This document shows, in pieces, positions 45,955-50,294 of a stretch of DNA of 50,294 nucleotides; position 1 is the stretch's first letter, and each line of letters starts with the position of its first letter. The DNA is from a virus (taxonomy: Duplodnaviria; Caudoviricetes). The notes beneath the pieces are model-generated. The model had not been told where the DNA came from, did not search any database, and saw only the letters and a program-made list of their open reading frames with translations. The stretch lies in IMG/VR virus record IMGVR_UViG_3300022927_002093, positions 1-50,294 of that record. One strand, given 5' to 3'. The translations under genes were made by a program, and so were the position numbers.

Positions 45955-46868
45955 AGACAACTCAAGTATCTTTCACCTCTATCACACAGAAATGTAACAA
46001 CACACCCGTCTGGTTTATTCTCTTCCACCCATCTTTCTGCGGCAAGAATATTAGCACCTGCAGAAATACCGACAAAAATACCAATTTCTCTCGCAAGTCT
46101 ACGAGCCCTTTCTTTAGCCTCTTCAGTACTAACCGTGAGTACTTCACTAACTTTATCCATATCCACAAGAAACTTAGACCCGTCTCCGATTCCTTGTATA
46201 CCGTGAAGTCCTGGTTCACCTCCACTCATAACAGGTGATTCTTCAGGTTCTACAGCAATCATTTTAATCATAGGGTATTTCGTGTCCAAAGTTTCTTTAC
46301 AACCCATCAAAGTACCTCCAGTACCTGTACCAGTAACTACTGCTTGAAGAAATGTGTCGGGTTCATCAAAGTAGTCGATAATTTCACGTGCAGTTCCTTC
46401 AGCGTGTGCTTTAATATTAATAGGATTGTCAAATTGATTACAGTTAAACCAACCATTTTTTTCTGATAACTCATCTCTAAGTTTAATCGCACCATCGAAG
46501 TCACCCTCACCAACTTCAATAAGTTCCGCACCATATAGTCTTAACATTTGTTTTCTTTCTTCAGACATGTTTGAAGGCATGACAATTTTACAATTATATC
46601 CTCTTTCTGCTGCTAACCAAGCAAAGGATATACCCATATTACCTGAAGTAGCTTCAATAATGGTATCACCTTTTTTTAACTGAGATGTTAATTCCGCATG
46701 GTTTAAAATATAACTAGCGGGACGGTCTTTGATTGAACCTGTAGGATTAAAAATTTCAGCCTTAGCGTAAATTTTATCACTAATCTTAATCATTGGGGTG
46801 TTCCCAATCATTCTTGATAGTTTAAGTGTTTCTTCTATCTCGTGATACTGTATTGTCGCCCTTATCAT
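45951..46868 (-). CDS. cysK: Cysteine synthase (PLP-dependent, CysK/CysM family)
   Basis: IGNTP, NPTGSIKDR, EATSGNMG, GTGGT, HGIQGIG, DRGERYLS. Confidence 0.9.
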   Translation of the reverse strand: MIRATIQYHEIEETLKLSRMIGNTPMIKISDKIYAKAEIFNPTGSIKDRPASYILNHAELTSQLKKGDTIIEATSGNMGISFAWLAAERGYNCKIVMPSNMSEERKQMLRLYGAELIEVGEGDFDGAIKLRDELSEKNGWFNCNQFDNPINIKAHAEGTAREIIDYFDEPDTFLQAVVTGTGTGGTLMGCKETLDTKYPMIKMIAVEPEESPVMSGGEPGLHGIQGIGDGSKFLVDMDKVSEVLTVSTEEAKERARRLAREIGIFVGISAGANILAAERWVEENKPDGCVVTFLCDRGERYLSCL

Positions 46869-47095
46869 AATTGAAATTCTTTGTTAATGTTTCCACATTC
46901 GGTACATTTATATGTTTCCATTGGGACATATTGGTCTTCGGGTGTTCCGACTATTAATTTACTAATTTTTTTTATAACAGTCACCTTATCAAAAAAAATA
47001 TTTTCACAATTTTCACATTCTATGTTTGGTGAGTCAGCCACATTAACTTTTATCTGTTGTCCACCTTGTCCTAAATTTGATAAATCCATATTCAT
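46865..47095 (-). CDS. Small zinc-ribbon protein
   Basis: CENC...CTECG. Confidence 0.75.
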   Translation of the reverse strand: MNMDLSNLGQGGQQIKVNVADSPNIECENCENIFFDKVTVIKKISKLIVGTPEDQYVPMETYKCTECGNINKEFQL

Positions 47096-47853
47096 AATTC
47101 TTCTAACATTAATTTTATTTCAGCCTCCAAGTCTTTACACTTGTATACCTTGTAATTTTTATTTTTTTCATTAATCCAAATAAGATAACAATTACCTATT
47201 TTTAGATTAGTGTTTTTTTCAATAATATGTTTATATAATGACAACTGAAGAGAATAGGTATTAATTTCACATACATCTAAGTGTGAGATTGGTTCATTAA
47301 ACCTTTGGCCATAATTATTTTTTATGTTAATAGCTTTGTTTGTCTTATAGTCCCACACTTCCAACATACCTGATTTTTTATTGTAGAATAAACAGTCAAC
47401 CATACCACCTAAACCGTAGTCCTCATCACCAACTACCAATTCCATTTTAACAGGAACTAAATTAATTCTTGAATCTTCATAAAAGTTTTTAAATATAGTT
47501 TGACATTTATCAAATTTATCTTTTATTATGTCGTGACCAAACTGTTTTACTGCGACAGACGGGTCATATGGAAATTCTTTATTATTCCACCAATTTTCAG
47601 CATAATCATGTATTGCCGACCCTTTAACCGTTGAGGTGTCTCTCTTAAGGTCCCAATCTGCTATAACATCTTCAACTTTTAACCCTCTTTTAGATGCGTA
47701 TTCTTCAGCTATCCTTTGTGTTTCAAACTTTGGTTTAAACATACCGATGAATCTTGTTGCACTCATAAGTTCTCTATCTCCGATGAAATACTTATGAGGA
47801 CCATCATAGTATTTCACATGATTAAACTTACTTAATTCTAATATTGTTTCCAT
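47092..47853 (-). CDS. PD-(D/E)XK exonuclease (start revised from 47874)
   Basis: GSAIH, GMVD, WDYKT, YSLQLSLY. Confidence 0.85.
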   Translation of the reverse strand: METILELSKFNHVKYYDGPHKYFIGDRELMSATRFIGMFKPKFETQRIAEEYASKRGLKVEDVIADWDLKRDTSTVKGSAIHDYAENWWNNKEFPYDPSVAVKQFGHDIIKDKFDKCQTIFKNFYEDSRINLVPVKMELVVGDEDYGLGGMVDCLFYNKKSGMLEVWDYKTNKAINIKNNYGQRFNEPISHLDVCEINTYSLQLSLYKHIIEKNTNLKIGNCYLIWINEKNKNYKVYKCKDLEAEIKLMLEEL

Positions 47854-47857
47854 ACTC

Positions 47858-48658
47858 TTACCAATTTTTTTCAATGTAATTTACAATAGAATCATAATCA
47901 TTATATCCTATAATTTTTGAGCCTGATAACATACTCATCCAAGAACCGGTTTTCCATACCCCCCTCTTTGCCGCACGACAATTAGGACACGTATAAATTA
48001 GAGTTTCACCTCCAAAATATGCGGGTATTACCGCTTCACCCGCGCTTGATATGTGTTTATCTGAATTAGCTAATAACATAAACTGTAGTTGATTATAACT
48101 CAAGTCTTTGTTCTCTTCTAATAGTTGTGTTATTGAGACAACTCCATGTTTTTTTATAATTTCTTCATCCTTAATGTCTACCACTGTTTGATTCGGGTCT
48201 TCAACGTATGTGTTTGTAGATTTGTTTGGTGGTCTAATATAAACTACCGTGTACCTATCTTTTAATGTTTTTATTATATTATCCAACGATTCATAGTTAA
48301 AATAATTATATATACCTGAATCGAACCATTCTAGTGAATTTTTGTTATTTATTGTAACAATAGGTTTATCAAAAATAAATCTATCGTTCTTATATTTTTC
48401 TTTTAATGGTGGTGGTAACCAAGAATCAGAAGTGAATGCAGGTGGTTTAATATCATAACAACTATATGGATTACGTATAAAACTAGGTGGGTCATGTACA
48501 ATGTTTTGTTCAGTATGATTTTCAGAGAAATAAAACACATCTCTCATACCAATTCTAGTATCTGTTGACTCTAATTTATTTTTTTTATGAAGGTAGTATG
48601 CTTTTGGTAAGAAATACCATAGTATATATCCGAATTCACTATACGCTTTTATTTTCAT
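47858..48658 (-). CDS. Hypothetical protein, possibly glycosyltransferase-like
   Basis: 266 aa; EFGY start, weak GT-B-like pattern only. Confidence 0.5.
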   Translation of the reverse strand: MKIKAYSEFGYILWYFLPKAYYLHKKNKLESTDTRIGMRDVFYFSENHTEQNIVHDPPSFIRNPYSCYDIKPPAFTSDSWLPPPLKEKYKNDRFIFDKPIVTINNKNSLEWFDSGIYNYFNYESLDNIIKTLKDRYTVVYIRPPNKSTNTYVEDPNQTVVDIKDEEIIKKHGVVSITQLLEENKDLSYNQLQFMLLANSDKHISSAGEAVIPAYFGGETLIYTCPNCRAAKRGVWKTGSWMSMLSGSKIIGYNDYDSIVNYIEKNW

Positions 48659-49584
48659 TTTTCTAAGTTTTTAAATGAATTATCAGGTATTACTCCTCTC
48701 AAATCTCCGAGGTCTTTACCTTCAGGTAGTTTTACAATTTTAACCCTACCATATAATTTACCCCCTGATAATTTATAGTAAAGTTTTTTAGCATCATCCC
48801 ATGCATCATCATCTAAACATATTATTATATCTTTTTTAGCCCTTTCATATAAACTTTGCCATAAATTATCATTTAAAAACTTACCGAGTAGTGGTATTGA
48901 GTTTGGAACAAAGAACCCATCAAACACCCCTTCAACTATCCATATATCTTCTTCCCAATTTATTCTACTCTCGTTGAAGATGAGAAACTCTTTGTCCGCT
49001 TCGGGGTTTTTATATTTCATCTTAGTGTTTGGGTTCCAACTTCTAGATACGAAATAATTAAGTTCTCCATCCATATTATAAGAAGGTACTATGATTCTTC
49101 CTGCGTAGTCCCCTTCATACGCAAAACCAATATCATAATTGTCAATTATCTCTTTGGTGATTCCTCTACCTTTAAGGTAGTTTAATGCTCTTCGTTTTTC
49201 CGGAAAGATGTCACTTATATCCTCAAACCTATTATACTCTTTAGGTAATGTGAGTTTTTTATATTTTTTACCCTCTCGAATAAATTCATCGGGTCTTATT
49301 AAATCATAGTATTGTTTATCTTTCTTACCACCATATCTTTCTATCAACCAACCTAAGTGTCCTTTGGTGTTGTGTGTTTCTGCGCAAGCCCAACATTTAA
49401 AAACATGGTCACCATAGTTTACCTCTAAGTTACCTTTACCGTCTCCTTTAGATAATCCTTTAATATCATGGGAGCAGACCGGACAATCAAACGATATTTG
49501 ATTTTTATATCCGTTATGCATATGGTAATCACCAAACATACCAGTAAGCATGTCAATAATTAAACTTTCGTCGGTGTGTTCCAT
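48655..49584 (-). CDS. DNA primase (zinc finger plus TOPRIM)
   Basis: CPVC..CWAC, YLKGRGI, KYKNP, IVEGVFD, CLDDDA, KDLGD. Confidence 0.9.
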   Translation of the reverse strand: MEHTDESLIIDMLTGMFGDYHMHNGYKNQISFDCPVCSHDIKGLSKGDGKGNLEVNYGDHVFKCWACAETHNTKGHLGWLIERYGGKKDKQYYDLIRPDEFIREGKKYKKLTLPKEYNRFEDISDIFPEKRRALNYLKGRGITKEIIDNYDIGFAYEGDYAGRIIVPSYNMDGELNYFVSRSWNPNTKMKYKNPEADKEFLIFNESRINWEEDIWIVEGVFDGFFVPNSIPLLGKFLNDNLWQSLYERAKKDIIICLDDDAWDDAKKLYYKLSGGKLYGRVKIVKLPEGKDLGDLRGVIPDNSFKNLEK

Positions 49585-49619
49585 ATTTTAAATATAAAAA
49601 AATATAGGAACTTAATCAA

Positions 49620-50222
49620 TTACCAAAGACCTTCTTTTTTCATATACCCCAAAACACATGTGTAAGCATCTGCTTGGTCGAAACATTCTTTTTTGAGTGT
49701 GTTATTTCTTGTATATAACCAAACTATTTGTGGTTCTGTTTTAGAAACTTGTTTCCATATCAATTCTTTTTTATCTATGGTTTTTGGTAATCCTCCGAAT
49801 AAAACTTTTTTACCTTTATTATTTTCTTTAACCAATTCAGGCCAAGCAAATTTTCTTGAGTTATAAGTTGATATATATTTAGGAATAATTCCAAGTACTT
49901 TGTAGATTGAACGTGATATCATTGAGTTGTATCTTAATAGTGTTCCAACTGTCCATACATTATTAGAGTTAAGTAATGGTTCTTCAATTATTACTTTTGT
50001 AATACCTAAATCTTTATAGGTGTTTAGTTTTTCTTCGAATGCATCGACTTTAAACATTAACTCTTCTATTTTATCCTCACGCTTAGGTTTAATTACGGGT
50101 GAAAAGTGAGTCAATTCTAAAAGATTTTGACTGTGAAGGTCGAAGAGTGCCCAACCGATTGTTTTAGTAGAGATATCTAACCCTAATACTTTAGGGGAAT
50201 TTTTAAGATTTTCTTTTGACAT
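49620..50222 (-). CDS. RuvC-like Holliday junction resolvase
   Basis: LGLDISTKTIGW, IIEEP, DQADA. Confidence 0.8.
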   Translation of the reverse strand: MSKENLKNSPKVLGLDISTKTIGWALFDLHSQNLLELTHFSPVIKPKREDKIEELMFKVDAFEEKLNTYKDLGITKVIIEEPLLNSNNVWTVGTLLRYNSMISRSIYKVLGIIPKYISTYNSRKFAWPELVKENNKGKKVLFGGLPKTIDKKELIWKQVSKTEPQIVWLYTRNNTLKKECFDQADAYTCVLGYMKKEGLW

Positions 50223-50227
50223 TGTTT

Positions 50228-50294
50228 TTAGAAATCAATCTTTATGCTATATTGTTGTACTCCGAGTCTTTGTTCGGGTGATTGTACTTTAGAT
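50228..50294 (-). CDS. C-terminal end of an upstream gene (...SKVQSPEQRLGVQQYSIKIDF)
   Basis: Open frame from the window edge to TAA at 50228. Confidence 0.6.
   Translation of the reverse strand, partial: SKVQSPEQRLGVQQYSIKIDF

Noticed and set aside
47092-47853. Cas4/CRISPR association of the PD-(D/E)XK nuclease
   Set aside because: No Fe-S cysteine cluster pattern, no array or other cas genes; sits in a replication block
1-50294. Stop-codon reassignment as in some large phages
   Set aside because: Known enzymes are full length in code 11, and TAA, TAG and TGA all end genes at tight junctions

Overview
AT-rich, gene-dense window that is mostly minus-strand and reads in the standard genetic code. 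It looks like a segment of a large (jumbo-type) phage infecting Bacteroidota. This is an inference: no capsid, terminase or portal gene lies in the window. Support comes from a phage-style replication/recombination block (RuvC-like resolvase, primase, PD-(D/E)XK nuclease, SbcCD/gp46-47), four orphan DNA methyltransferases and many short overlapping orphan ORFs. Isolated host-type metabolic genes are also present (pckA, type II glutamine synthetase, prs, cysteine synthase, dCMP deaminase, dnaJ, thioredoxin, a sigma-70). Bacteroidota-type TTTG-N19-21-TAnnTTTG promoters recur, and 5' leaders are A-rich without Shine-Dalgarno sites. Highlights: (1) a ~760 nt highly structured minus-strand ncRNA resembling GOLLD, with tandem promoters, a boxA-like element and a terminator; (2) a recurring TATTTAT upstream motif linked to proteins with short leaders ending in L/I-x-E, possibly a virion cargo-targeting system; (3) a degenerate MetK-like protein; (4) host-envelope-directed genes (two TonB-dependent receptors, lipoproteins, a T9SS-CTD-like protein, a mini-CorA); (5) a rearranged SbcD/SbcC pair. 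All family calls come from motif recognition by eye; no database search was run.
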